A DNA stretch of 45,078 bases, from contig JBHLMG010000020.1 in NCBI GenBank assembly GCA_048938385.1, positions 1-45,078 of the forward strand, given 5' to 3'. Shown here piece by piece: positions 27,684-36,534 of the stretch; the stretch's first letter is position 1, and the number at the start of each line of letters is the position of its first letter. The notes under the pieces were generated by a model that had not been told where the DNA came from, ran no database searches, and saw only the letters and a program-made list of their open reading frames with translations. Made by a program: the position numbers and the translations under genes. This stretch comes from Promethearchaeota archaeon (lineage in GTDB: Archaea > Asgardarchaeota > Hermodarchaeia > Hermodarchaeales > Hermodarchaeaceae).

Positions 27684-28532
27684 ATGATTGCAGGATTTAT
27701 CATTGCGCTTCGTGAAGGCTTAGAAGCCGCTCTGATTGTAGGCATAATCTTAGCGTTCCTATCTAAGACCGGTGGTTCCAAACGCTATTGGCAAGTTTTT
27801 GCGGGAGTGGGAACCGCAATTGCAGCAAGCGTTGCGTTTGCGATCGGGTTTCAATTGGTTGCGGGAGGGTTTAGTGGACCTAGTGCTCAGATCTTCGAAG
27901 GAGTTACTACTCTGATTGCGGCTGGGTTATTAATTTCGATGATTGTTTGGATGGAACGAAAAGGTCCCACTCTTCGCGAGGAACTAGAGCAGAAGGCAGC
28001 CACAACAGTGACTGCCATGTTAGGAATTTTCTTCATCGTGTTTATCGCCGTACTTCGAGAAGGCGTTGAAACAGTTCTATTCCTCACAGTCCTTCCTTTG
28101 AGCGATAGCACTATTTGGATAGGTGCCCTCTTAGGTTTCGTAGTCGCAATAGGAGTTGCCTACACCTATTTTGTTGGTACAAAACAACTCAGCCTTCGCG
28201 TCTTCTTTCAAATTACTAGTATCGTTCTAATCTTTTTTGCCGCCGGCATGATCGCTTACGGTATTCACGAATTACAGGAAGCAGGAGTCTTTCCGATTCT
28301 CATCGAACATGTTTGGGACATCAACTTCCTATTACCAGAGACCAGCCCTCTTGGAATGGTGTTGAAAGGGTTGGTAGGTTATAACGGCAACCCTTCGTTG
28401 TTAGAGGTAGTTGCTTATATTACTGCTATCTCCGTGATGTTCTTGTATTTTGCCAAGCATTATCAGTTCCAATCCCCAAAATATCAGTTATCACAGGTAG
28501 AAACAAGCATTGAAACAAAGGCTCGGCTTTGA
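27684..28532 (+). CDS. FTR1 family iron permease
   Basis: Two RExxE motifs (REGLE, REGVE), HELQEAG, GYNGNPS. Confidence 0.93.
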   Translation: MIAGFIIALREGLEAALIVGIILAFLSKTGGSKRYWQVFAGVGTAIAASVAFAIGFQLVAGGFSGPSAQIFEGVTTLIAAGLLISMIVWMERKGPTLREELEQKAATTVTAMLGIFFIVFIAVLREGVETVLFLTVLPLSDSTIWIGALLGFVVAIGVAYTYFVGTKQLSLRVFFQITSIVLIFFAAGMIAYGIHELQEAGVFPILIEHVWDINFLLPETSPLGMVLKGLVGYNGNPSLLEVVAYITAISVMFLYFAKHYQFQSPKYQLSQVETSIETKARL

Positions 28533-28577
28533 TTTGAGATGGACTAATACAGAATAAGCAGAAGAGAGGACAATAAC

Positions 28578-30593
28578 ATGACAATGAGTCATTCCCAACA
28601 CCACAAAACAATGCAATCTAGCACTCATGAAGGTAGATCCCATCATGTAATGATGATTCGTGACTATCGGAAACGCTTCATCGTTTCTATGATCCTCACC
28701 CTACCAATTGTTTTGCTTTCTCCGTTGATTCAAGTTCTGCTGGGACTAACCCCTTTCCTGTCTTTCCCCGGATACACATTAATTCTGTTTGGACTTTCCA
28801 CGATAGTCTATGTGTATGGTGGTTATCCTTTCTTGAAAGGGATAATCCGAGAGATTAGAAAACGCCAATTGGGAATGATGACCTTGGTAGCGGTAGCGAT
28901 TACCGTCGCTTACGCTTATAGCAGCGCCGTTGTCTTTGGTTTGCCTGGTACCTTGTTTTTTTGGGAACTGGCTACGCTGATTGATGTGATGTTATTCGGG
29001 CACTGGATGGAGATGCGATCAATTTTAGGCGCGTCTCGAGCATTGGAAGAACTTGTCAAATTGCTTCCTACCACTGCATATCTTCTACAATCAGATGGAA
29101 CCGTCAAGGAAGTCCCTCTCACCATGTTACAGCGCGGAGATCAGGTGCTCATTAAACCCGGTGATCGCGTTCCATCAGATGGCATTATACTTGAAGGGCA
29201 AAGTAGCATGAATGAGGCGATGATTACAGGAGAGTCACTTCCTGTTGAGAAGAAAGCGGAAGATCCTGTGATTGGAGGAGCAATTAATGGTGACGGAACT
29301 CTTACCGTGAAAATAACAAAAGTGGGAAGTGAAACTTATCTAGCCCAAGTAATTAGCTTGGTTCGAGAAGCACAAGAAAGCCGTTCCCGTACTCAGGACC
29401 TTGCGAATCGGGCAGCCTTCTTTCTTACAGTCATCGCCCTCTCCGTCGGTACCTTGACACTGGTTACTTGGATGGTAATTGGTCAAGGTTTGACTTTTAG
29501 CATTGAGCGCAGCGTCACGGTAATGGTGATTACATGCCCCCATGCGCTGGGATTGGCAGTACCCCTTGTTGTGGCAGTTTCGACTTCGCTTTCGGCTAAG
29601 AATGGGTTATTAGTTCGAGATCGAGTGGCGTTTGAACGCGCACGGCGATTGAACGCCATCATCTTCGATAAAACTGGCACCTTAACTGAGGGACAATTCT
29701 CGGTGACCGAAGTAGTGCCTCTAACCGACTTGAGTAGCGAATCGCTACTCCAATTAGCCGCATCTTTAGAGAAGCTATCTGAACACCCTATTGCCCAAGG
29801 AATTGTTCGCGGAGCCCATGAACGCCAAATTGTTCTCAAGAAGGCTAGTGATTTTCAAGCCATTCCAGGAAAAGGAGCCGAAGGACAAGTTGATAACCAT
29901 CAGATCAAAGTCGTTGGACCCGGCTACTTGAAGGAAAGAGACCAACTACCAAAAAATGAGCTAATTAAGAAACTAGCCCAGCAAGGAAAAACTATTGCCT
30001 ATGTACTTGTTGACAATCAACTTCAAGGCGCCTTAGCCCTTGCAGATGTTATTAGAAAGGAATCAAAGGCCGCAATTAGTAGACTAAAACGGATGGGGAT
30101 TCAGAGCATGATGCTCACTGGTGATAACCGCTATGTTGCACAATGGGTTGCCGAGGAGTTAGGACTAGATGATTATTTTGCTGAAGTTCTTCCACATGAA
30201 AAGGTGGCAAAGATCCGTGAAGTTCAAAACCGTGGACTCACAGTAGCTATGGTGGGGGATGGTATTAATGATGCACCAGCTCTTGCGCAAGCCGATGTGG
30301 GGATTGCAATTGGTGCAGGTACAGATGTCGCCATAGAGGCAGCAGATATCGTATTAGTCCGTAACGATCCTCAAGATGTGGCTGCCATTCTGGATCTTTC
30401 ACGAGCAACTTTCAAGAAGATGGTACAAAATTTGTTATGGGCCACAGGCTACAACGCAGTAGCGATTCCGTTAGCAGCAGGGCTGCTCCTTCCCCTAGGT
30501 ATTGTACTGAGCCCTGCTTTGGGGGCTGCACTGATGTCTATTAGCACAATTATTGTAGCTGTTAACGCCCGATTTCTCTCTCTTAGAAAATGA
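28578..30593 (+). CDS. copB: Copper-translocating P1B-3 ATPase
   Basis: His-rich N-terminus, TGES, CPH, DKTGT, EHP, GDGINDAP, YN and MSIST. Confidence 0.93.
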   Translation: MTMSHSQHHKTMQSSTHEGRSHHVMMIRDYRKRFIVSMILTLPIVLLSPLIQVLLGLTPFLSFPGYTLILFGLSTIVYVYGGYPFLKGIIREIRKRQLGMMTLVAVAITVAYAYSSAVVFGLPGTLFFWELATLIDVMLFGHWMEMRSILGASRALEELVKLLPTTAYLLQSDGTVKEVPLTMLQRGDQVLIKPGDRVPSDGIILEGQSSMNEAMITGESLPVEKKAEDPVIGGAINGDGTLTVKITKVGSETYLAQVISLVREAQESRSRTQDLANRAAFFLTVIALSVGTLTLVTWMVIGQGLTFSIERSVTVMVITCPHALGLAVPLVVAVSTSLSAKNGLLVRDRVAFERARRLNAIIFDKTGTLTEGQFSVTEVVPLTDLSSESLLQLAASLEKLSEHPIAQGIVRGAHERQIVLKKASDFQAIPGKGAEGQVDNHQIKVVGPGYLKERDQLPKNELIKKLAQQGKTIAYVLVDNQLQGALALADVIRKESKAAISRLKRMGIQSMMLTGDNRYVAQWVAEELGLDDYFAEVLPHEKVAKIREVQNRGLTVAMVGDGINDAPALAQADVGIAIGAGTDVAIEAADIVLVRNDPQDVAAILDLSRATFKKMVQNLLWATGYNAVAIPLAAGLLLPLGIVLSPALGAALMSISTIIVAVNARFLSLRK

Positions 30594-30747
30594 ATCAAAA
30601 TTGGTTCGAATAGCTTGGAAGTTAACGCCAGTATTGAGTGACGGAATGAGTGAAAACAAATCTTACTTGGGGCAACTGTTACCCATTCTTTGTCAAAGTA
30701 TTTGATAGCTGCACTGAGTGAAGTAGCTGGTTGAGTGCCTTAGATTT

Positions 30748-30793
30748 GAAAAAAGGAGAGAGGAAGCACCTTTGGGAGATAGCGAGGTGCTTC
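30748..30793 (-). terminator. Inverted repeat plus pyrimidine/U tract
   Basis: GAAGCACCT (30763-71) and AGGTGCTTC (30785-93), followed on the - strand by CTCTCTCCTTTTTT. Confidence 0.55.
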
Positions 30794-31116
30794 TATGCTG
30801 TCTCTTCCTCTGCAATTATGCCCGCGATAAGGAGGAGAAGTCCGCCAATCGAGGCTAGGGACAAGATTCCGAGGATGATGAGGCCGACACGATGTCGCCC
30901 TGGTTCATCGCGCCACATGAGGGGTAGAACACCAAACAGCAGGCCAATGACAGCAGGAATGATGAAAATTGCACCCGCTATAAGTGCAAACATCGAATAC
31001 ATCGGATCCAATAGCATCCAGCCGAAAATGACGGCGAAGACCCCAATGAAGGCGAGAGCCAAGATTAGGTTGAGGATGCCACCGATTAGAACTAAGGTTT
31101 TTGCAGTATCAGACAT
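30793..31116 (-). CDS. Small membrane protein (3-4 TM)
   Basis: 107 aa, strongly hydrophobic, ATG start, terminator directly after. Confidence 0.75.
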   Translation of the reverse strand: MSDTAKTLVLIGGILNLILALAFIGVFAVIFGWMLLDPMYSMFALIAGAIFIIPAVIGLLFGVLPLMWRDEPGRHRVGLIILGILSLASIGGLLLLIAGIIAEEETA

Positions 31117-31342
31117 AGTATTTACGCCCTTTTGATTCGTCTGAAGGGTCTATATCGCATCTCTAGGTGTTTCCTTAAAAATCTTACTCGTTTAGCTACA
31201 CCGTAACAGCTGCTAGTGAGTCCATTGGCTGTCACAAAAAGGAGTTAAGCATTTTAAATTGCTACATTTTTCTCCTGAAGTCCACTGTTTTTTGACCTCG
31301 CCAATGGTCTACAATTCCTAGATCCTGTCGTTAGCGGGTTAT

Positions 31343-31552
31343 CTATGCTACAGCTCCGATAATGAGGAGGAGCAGACCAACTATGATTAGGATCAGCATG
31401 AGTTCCGAGAAATTGAACCCTGCAAACGCGAGCGTGTAGAACCCGAGATAGAAGTAGGCTGCGTACACTCCAAAACCAATCATCTGTAATATGATTGGGA
31501 GAAACCCGACAATTATCAGGATTAATCCAAGTATTACAAGACCTTTCTTCAT
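31343..31552 (-). CDS. Small membrane protein (2 TM)
   Basis: MKKG plus hydrophobic helices; AAGGGGA upstream. Confidence 0.7.
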   Translation of the reverse strand: MKKGLVILGLILIIVGFLPIILQMIGFGVYAAYFYLGFYTLAFAGFNFSELMLILIIVGLLLLIIGAVA

Positions 31553-31682
31553 TAGAATCCCTTCTAAGGAGTGATACCCTATTGTAACTGCTAGTATTTA
31601 TTGTTACAGAATTCGTCCCACTATAGGATTTTAAGCTTGAAATTTCAAGAGACCGCATCGTTTGTGCTGAGATTGATTTACT

Positions 31683-32540
31683 ATGGTATTGCGAAGTATT
31701 GCCCATGATGATCCGCAAATAGCAGAATTCAAGGAGCGAATCAGTAGGTATACGAAGCCGGTTGAGCCCTTTGGATTCGCTTATCAGATTTATCTCGAGG
31801 GAGACGAACTCGTGGGGATCGCCTTTATTGGTCAAGAGCCCATGCAACTTATCAGACCTATTGGAACGCCCTTGATTCGATTCCAAGTTATTGAGTATAG
31901 CCATCCAACAGAAGTTCTGAACACCTTTGCTGATGAGGTATTGAATCTAGCGAAGGCACGAGATGTGGAATTTGCTTATCTGAATATTCCAGTTGAACAA
32001 AAAAAATTCGCTGAGCATTTAGAGCAAATTGGTTTTCAGGAATTAGCCAACCGTTTTGATATGAACCGACAAATAAGTGAAAGCTTTGAGGTTTCAAAGA
32101 AATTACGCTTTGAACAGATTAAGCGTGAAGATGTGAACCGGTTTTTTGAGTTCCTAAAGGAGTTCATGAGCGGATCTCCCGATGTCGTTTTGAACATGGT
32201 GATTGAGAACTTCACCGATGTTCCTGAGGTTTTATTAGATGTTTGGTACGAGAGCGAAAAAGCGTATTTAGTATACTATGATGGAGAGGTGGTCGGCATC
32301 TTGGACCTTGTACCGCAAGCGGGATACATCCAGAATATTGGAGTAGCTCCTGCCCATCGTGGAAAAGGCTTTGGAGAGGAGATGTTACGGTTTTGCTTAA
32401 ACTTGTTCAAAGCCGAAGGGACTACGGAAGCGGATCTTGGTGTTCATGTAGATAATAAGCAGGCGATTCGTCTCTATGAGAAATTAGGTTTTTCCGTCAA
32501 GCGACAGATTCAGATGTTCGTTTGGTGGAAACCTAGCTGA
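31683..32540 (+). CDS. Tandem-type GNAT N-acetyltransferase
   Basis: IGVAPAHRGKGFG, NKQAIRLYEKLGF. Confidence 0.9.
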   Translation: MVLRSIAHDDPQIAEFKERISRYTKPVEPFGFAYQIYLEGDELVGIAFIGQEPMQLIRPIGTPLIRFQVIEYSHPTEVLNTFADEVLNLAKARDVEFAYLNIPVEQKKFAEHLEQIGFQELANRFDMNRQISESFEVSKKLRFEQIKREDVNRFFEFLKEFMSGSPDVVLNMVIENFTDVPEVLLDVWYESEKAYLVYYDGEVVGILDLVPQAGYIQNIGVAPAHRGKGFGEEMLRFCLNLFKAEGTTEADLGVHVDNKQAIRLYEKLGFSVKRQIQMFVWWKPS

Positions 32541-32670
32541 ATTGTTGTGCTCCCCATTAACCTGTACTTCAGATCGCAATCTCGTCACTTCGCCATCGGT
32601 CCCCCTTTTCCTTTAATTTCTCACCCTTAGAATTCATTACATATAGTAAAATCTAGGTTCGGATATTTTG

Positions 32671-33771
32671 ATGCCGCGCTGGATTTTTCACATTGATATG
32701 GATGCGTTCTATGCATCGGTTGAGCAGTTTCGGATCCATCCCGAGTATGTTGGACAACCCCTGTGCGTAGGTCCGGATCCGAAACAGGGAACGGGGCGCG
32801 GAGTGGTGCGTGCAGCCTCCTACGAGGCACGAGCTTACGGTATTCGATCAGCGATGTCAACACAGAAAGCCTATCAATTGTGCCCGGAAGCCGTGTTTGT
32901 TTTTGGTGACTTTTCGAATTATTTCGCGGCATCAGAGGAGGTCATGGTGACCATTGAGCGATTTGCGGACGGGGGTCGTGTACGCAAGGCGAGTATTGAT
33001 GAGGCGTATATTGAGGTCACTGAACGGGTGAAAGAGTATTCGGATCCTCGAGCGTTGGCAGAAGTAATTCAGCAGACCATTAAAGCAGAGACGCGGTTGC
33101 CTGCGTCGATTGGAGTTGCATCGAATATGGCGGTAGCAAAGATTGCAACAGGACAGAATAAACCCTTGGGGATTACTGTGGTGCCCCAGGACCCCGAAGC
33201 AGTCGCGCAATTTCTAGCACCCCTTCCTGTTACAGAAATTAATGGGATTGGAAAAGTAACAGCACGGTATTTAGCGAAATTTGGTCTCACCACTCTGGGA
33301 CAGATACAGCAGTTGTCGTTTCAAGATTTGGTACCCGTGATGGGGAAGGGAGCTAAATGGTTGTACAATCGTGCCTGGGGGATTGATGACCGAGATATTG
33401 TACCTCGTGGGCCCTGGCGTCGTAAGTCGATGGGTAAAGATCGGACCTTTTCGCGTGATCTAGATCCGTCATCTGACGAGGTATTCCATGAGACGCTGGA
33501 AGAGTTGTGTTCGCGAATTGGACAGAAGCTTCAGTCGAAGTCTTATCATTTCCGTACAGTGACAGTGAAGATTCGCTACCAGAATTATGAGACAATTCAG
33601 CGGAGCCGAACGCTGAATGTGAGTACTAACGAGCCCCAGGTATTGCAGCGCGTAGTAACTGACTTGTTTAAGACCCATCGGAAACCGGACCAGAAACTAC
33701 GGTTGATAGGTGTCCGCGTGTCCAATCTGACGCGAATGACCGGGCAGGCGTCCTTGGCAGACTTTTTCTAG
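32671..33771 (+). CDS. dinB: Y-family DNA polymerase IV
   Basis: HIDMDAFYASVE, AASYEAR, SIDEAY, little-finger LRLIGV, C-terminal PIP-like QASLADFF. Confidence 0.96.
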   Translation: MPRWIFHIDMDAFYASVEQFRIHPEYVGQPLCVGPDPKQGTGRGVVRAASYEARAYGIRSAMSTQKAYQLCPEAVFVFGDFSNYFAASEEVMVTIERFADGGRVRKASIDEAYIEVTERVKEYSDPRALAEVIQQTIKAETRLPASIGVASNMAVAKIATGQNKPLGITVVPQDPEAVAQFLAPLPVTEINGIGKVTARYLAKFGLTTLGQIQQLSFQDLVPVMGKGAKWLYNRAWGIDDRDIVPRGPWRRKSMGKDRTFSRDLDPSSDEVFHETLEELCSRIGQKLQSKSYHFRTVTVKIRYQNYETIQRSRTLNVSTNEPQVLQRVVTDLFKTHRKPDQKLRLIGVRVSNLTRMTGQASLADFF

Positions 33772-33818
33772 CAGAATATCCGTAAATCTAGGACTAGTTC
33801 CTCTATGGAGGTTGTGTG

Positions 33819-34100
33819 ATGTACTTCAAAGGATTAGCCACCTTGTTAGACGAATCAGGTGAAGCCTTTCCGAGCCGTTCAGAGCTAAAGATCGTGTGTG
33901 GGAAGACCTTGACGAAAACGCCCAGTTGGCATAAGGCAATTGTATTAATTGAGCAAGAAACTGGTCGACGACTACGCCTCGTAGGGTGGCAGCGAAATAA
34001 GGAGGGAGAGTGGCGGATACGCCAAAAATTTAACATCGCCAAAGGTTACGCGCTGGAGATTGCAGCAGCGTGTGAGGCCTATGCCAACGACTGGGAATAG
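33819..34100 (+). CDS. Small hypothetical protein, possibly PC4-like ssDNA-binding fold
   Basis: GGAGG SD; beta-rich pattern with Trp and basic residues followed by one C-terminal helix. Confidence 0.7.
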   Translation: MYFKGLATLLDESGEAFPSRSELKIVCGKTLTKTPSWHKAIVLIEQETGRRLRLVGWQRNKEGEWRIRQKFNIAKGYALEIAAACEAYANDWE

Positions 34101-34116
34101 GAGAAAAAGAGAAGGA

Positions 34117-34145
34117 TGGCTGACAGGAGTTACTCCTGTCAGTCA
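34117..34145. terminator. Strong hairpin between convergent genes
   Basis: CTGACAGGAG-TTA-CTCCTGTCAG, perfect 10-bp stem at 34120-34142; U-rich tract on the - strand. Confidence 0.65.
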
Positions 34146-34175
34146 ACCTCTTGGTGGAGAGCAGCGATATATTGG

Positions 34176-34565
34176 TTATTTCTTGATTTCCATGTAATAG
34201 GATACGAGAAAGAGAAAGAAGAGAAGCAGTAAGATGGCCACATTAACCCACCCGTAGACATTGAACAGGGGGGGCATGAACATGTGGTAAGCGATAACGA
34301 TGGTACCGAGGAGGGACCAGACGAGTTCGATTTCGACGATGATCTTAACGCGAGTCCATTCTCTATTCATTAGCGCTAGTATGGATCCAAAGGTTAAAGC
34401 AACCATCATTGCCCCAAATATCCTCACCGCGGGATTATCGAATGTCAATCCCCAGATAGGTGCGAGAAAGTCAGGGATGAGGAGGAAACCGAATCCAAAG
34501 ATGAAACCGACGATGATGTGAATGAGGAAGGTGATGCGTAGTATGATTCCATATTCTTGAGCCAT
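34176..34565 (-). CDS. 4-TM membrane protein
   Basis: ATG 34565 (MAQEYG) with GGTGA SD; HIIVG...P...RIFGA pattern. Confidence 0.75.
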   Translation of the reverse strand: MAQEYGIILRITFLIHIIVGFIFGFGFLLIPDFLAPIWGLTFDNPAVRIFGAMMVALTFGSILALMNREWTRVKIIVEIELVWSLLGTIVIAYHMFMPPLFNVYGWVNVAILLLLFFLFLVSYYMEIKK

Positions 34566-34918
34566 TATCTTCACCATGTTAAGGTAGAGGGAAGCACCGG
34601 TTTCTATGCGGTGTAAGCTTAAAAGTATTGATTCTATGAACGCTCTATTCAAAGCCAAGTGTTCATGTAGAAATTCTAGAAGTTGCTTTTTTTGGAATAC
34701 CTGCACGAAAAGCGTGTTATTAGTAAAATAATGAAGGAGTCCTAGCCAGAAGTGGCAGTTGAAAGTTTCACGCGATGTGTGTACATGTTAAGCGCGAAGC
34801 GATTGGCAGGGCGATTCTTGGATTTCTTAACATCGTTTAGGGCTTCACGAAAGTCTTTTGTCAGAGTTCTGCAGGAAAGAGAGCCTTAATACTATTTCAC
34901 AAATTGGTGAAATCCATT

Positions 34919-35293
34919 ATGGAAATGTTCGATGTTGGAAAGCTCTTGACACGAATTGGAATCCTGTTCATCTTCATTGCTGGAATTGTCCAAGCTGCTG
35001 AATGGGGTTACTACAATGTTTCAGACATCATACAGTACGGTCAGCTGTACCCCTACCCTATCATGGTCCTGGCCGCAGGGATCGTCGCTATCATACTAGC
35101 GATTCTGATTTTCTTCGTGTTCTTACCAATGGCAGACAAAAACAGGATGAATGCCGGGATCTTCATCATCATCTTCAGTATCGTAGCTGCAGTGTTCGCC
35201 TTCGAATGGGCAATCATTGGAGCACCTGGTGCAGTTCTCTGTCTCGTCGGAGCAATCCTATTCATGGTAGAAACGGAAAGTGGAGGAGCCTAG
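34919..35293 (+). CDS. 4-TM membrane protein
   Basis: ATG 34919 with GGTGA SD; hydrophobic helices. Confidence 0.75.
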   Translation: MEMFDVGKLLTRIGILFIFIAGIVQAAEWGYYNVSDIIQYGQLYPYPIMVLAAGIVAIILAILIFFVFLPMADKNRMNAGIFIIIFSIVAAVFAFEWAIIGAPGAVLCLVGAILFMVETESGGA

Positions 35294-35314
35294 GCTCCTT
35301 CCTCCAATTTTTTT
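35282..35314 (+). terminator. Palindrome over the stop codon plus T-tract
   Basis: GGAGCCTAGGCTCC followed by TTTTTTT. Confidence 0.55.
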
Positions 35315-35356
35315 AAATCCAAGGTTTATTTGCGGCTACCGAGGAGCTACGATTTC

Positions 35357-36439
35357 GTGAACTACCACTTGGTCTTGACCCGTCGGTGCAATCTGAACTG
35401 CCTTTATTGCCATGGTGGCGAAGAGACTGATTCAACTACCGAAATTCAATACCACCTCGATGATCTTGCAGAGTTTTTGAAACAGGATTCGTATAAACAG
35501 CTAATGTTCTACGGGGGTGAACCCATCTTACGCGTTCCCCTTCTCGTAGAGGTTATGGATCGATTTCCTGATGCTCGATTTATGTTGCAGACAAATGGTC
35601 TCTTGCTTCATCAGATTCCGGTGGAATACCTGCATCGGTTCCATTCGATTTTGGTATCAATTGACGGGAGGGAAGCGGTGACGGATATGTATCGATCGGA
35701 TGGAGTGTATCGTCGCGTGTTGGAAAATATTCGGTGGTTGTATCGTCAAAACTTTCGGGGCGATGTAGTTGCGCGAATGGTCATTTCAGAACAGAGCGAT
35801 ATTTACCAAGATGTGCGACATCTCTTAGATTTAGAGAATCCAAGGTTCCAGCATGTCCACTGGCAATTAAATGTCGTTTGGGACGCTGAAGGGAACTGGA
35901 CTGATTTTGATAGCTGGGTAACAAATTCGTACAAACCTGGAATAATCCGATTGATTTCCGACTGGGTAGCGAAGATGCGAGAAGGTGTTGTGGAAGGAAT
36001 TGTTCCCTTTCTTCCTGTGATGCGTGACCTTCTAACTGGTCAGGCTAGCCCGATTCGGTGTGGAGCTGGACATGATACTTTTGCCATTCATGTGGATGGT
36101 TCCATTGGAATCTGCCCCATTTCCCCTGATTGGCCCTTCTCCATTGTGGGCAACATTTGGAATACTACACCTCAAGAATTACACGATGTGATGGGTGTTG
36201 AAGAGCCATGTCCATCCTGCGAGGATTATGCCTTGTGTGGAGGGCGGTGTTTATTCGCGAACCGGAACCGGTTATGGGGTGATAATGGGTTTCTGAAGGT
36301 ATGTGATACCGTAAAACACCTCTTAAGCTGTCTGAAACACTACATCCCCGAGGTCAAGGCGTTGATCCAGCGAGGAAGAATTTCACTGGAGGATTTAGCT
36401 TATCCTGAATTTAACAACGGGTGTGAAATAATCCCTTGA
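35357..36439 (+). CDS. Radical SAM/SPASM enzyme, AF0577-like (TIGR04084) family
   Basis: CNLNCLYC, FYGGEP, CGAG...CP, CPSCEDYALCGGRC, terminal GCEIIP; probable GTG start after GAGGAG. Confidence 0.9.
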   Translation: MNYHLVLTRRCNLNCLYCHGGEETDSTTEIQYHLDDLAEFLKQDSYKQLMFYGGEPILRVPLLVEVMDRFPDARFMLQTNGLLLHQIPVEYLHRFHSILVSIDGREAVTDMYRSDGVYRRVLENIRWLYRQNFRGDVVARMVISEQSDIYQDVRHLLDLENPRFQHVHWQLNVVWDAEGNWTDFDSWVTNSYKPGIIRLISDWVAKMREGVVEGIVPFLPVMRDLLTGQASPIRCGAGHDTFAIHVDGSIGICPISPDWPFSIVGNIWNTTPQELHDVMGVEEPCPSCEDYALCGGRCLFANRNRLWGDNGFLKVCDTVKHLLSCLKHYIPEVKALIQRGRISLEDLAYPEFNNGCEIIP

Positions 36440-36534
36440 ACCACCCAAAGTAATCGTCAGGATAAATGGAAACGCTTATGGTAGTCAGCCAACTACGGAT
36501 ATTCCCTAGCTTGAAGGAGGAACATTCGTTGCCT

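Noticed and set aside
20960-31904. Long antisense ORFs (20960-21520, 21937-22392, 30731-31135, 31254-31904 and others)
   Set aside because: Shadow frames of well-supported genes on the opposite strand.
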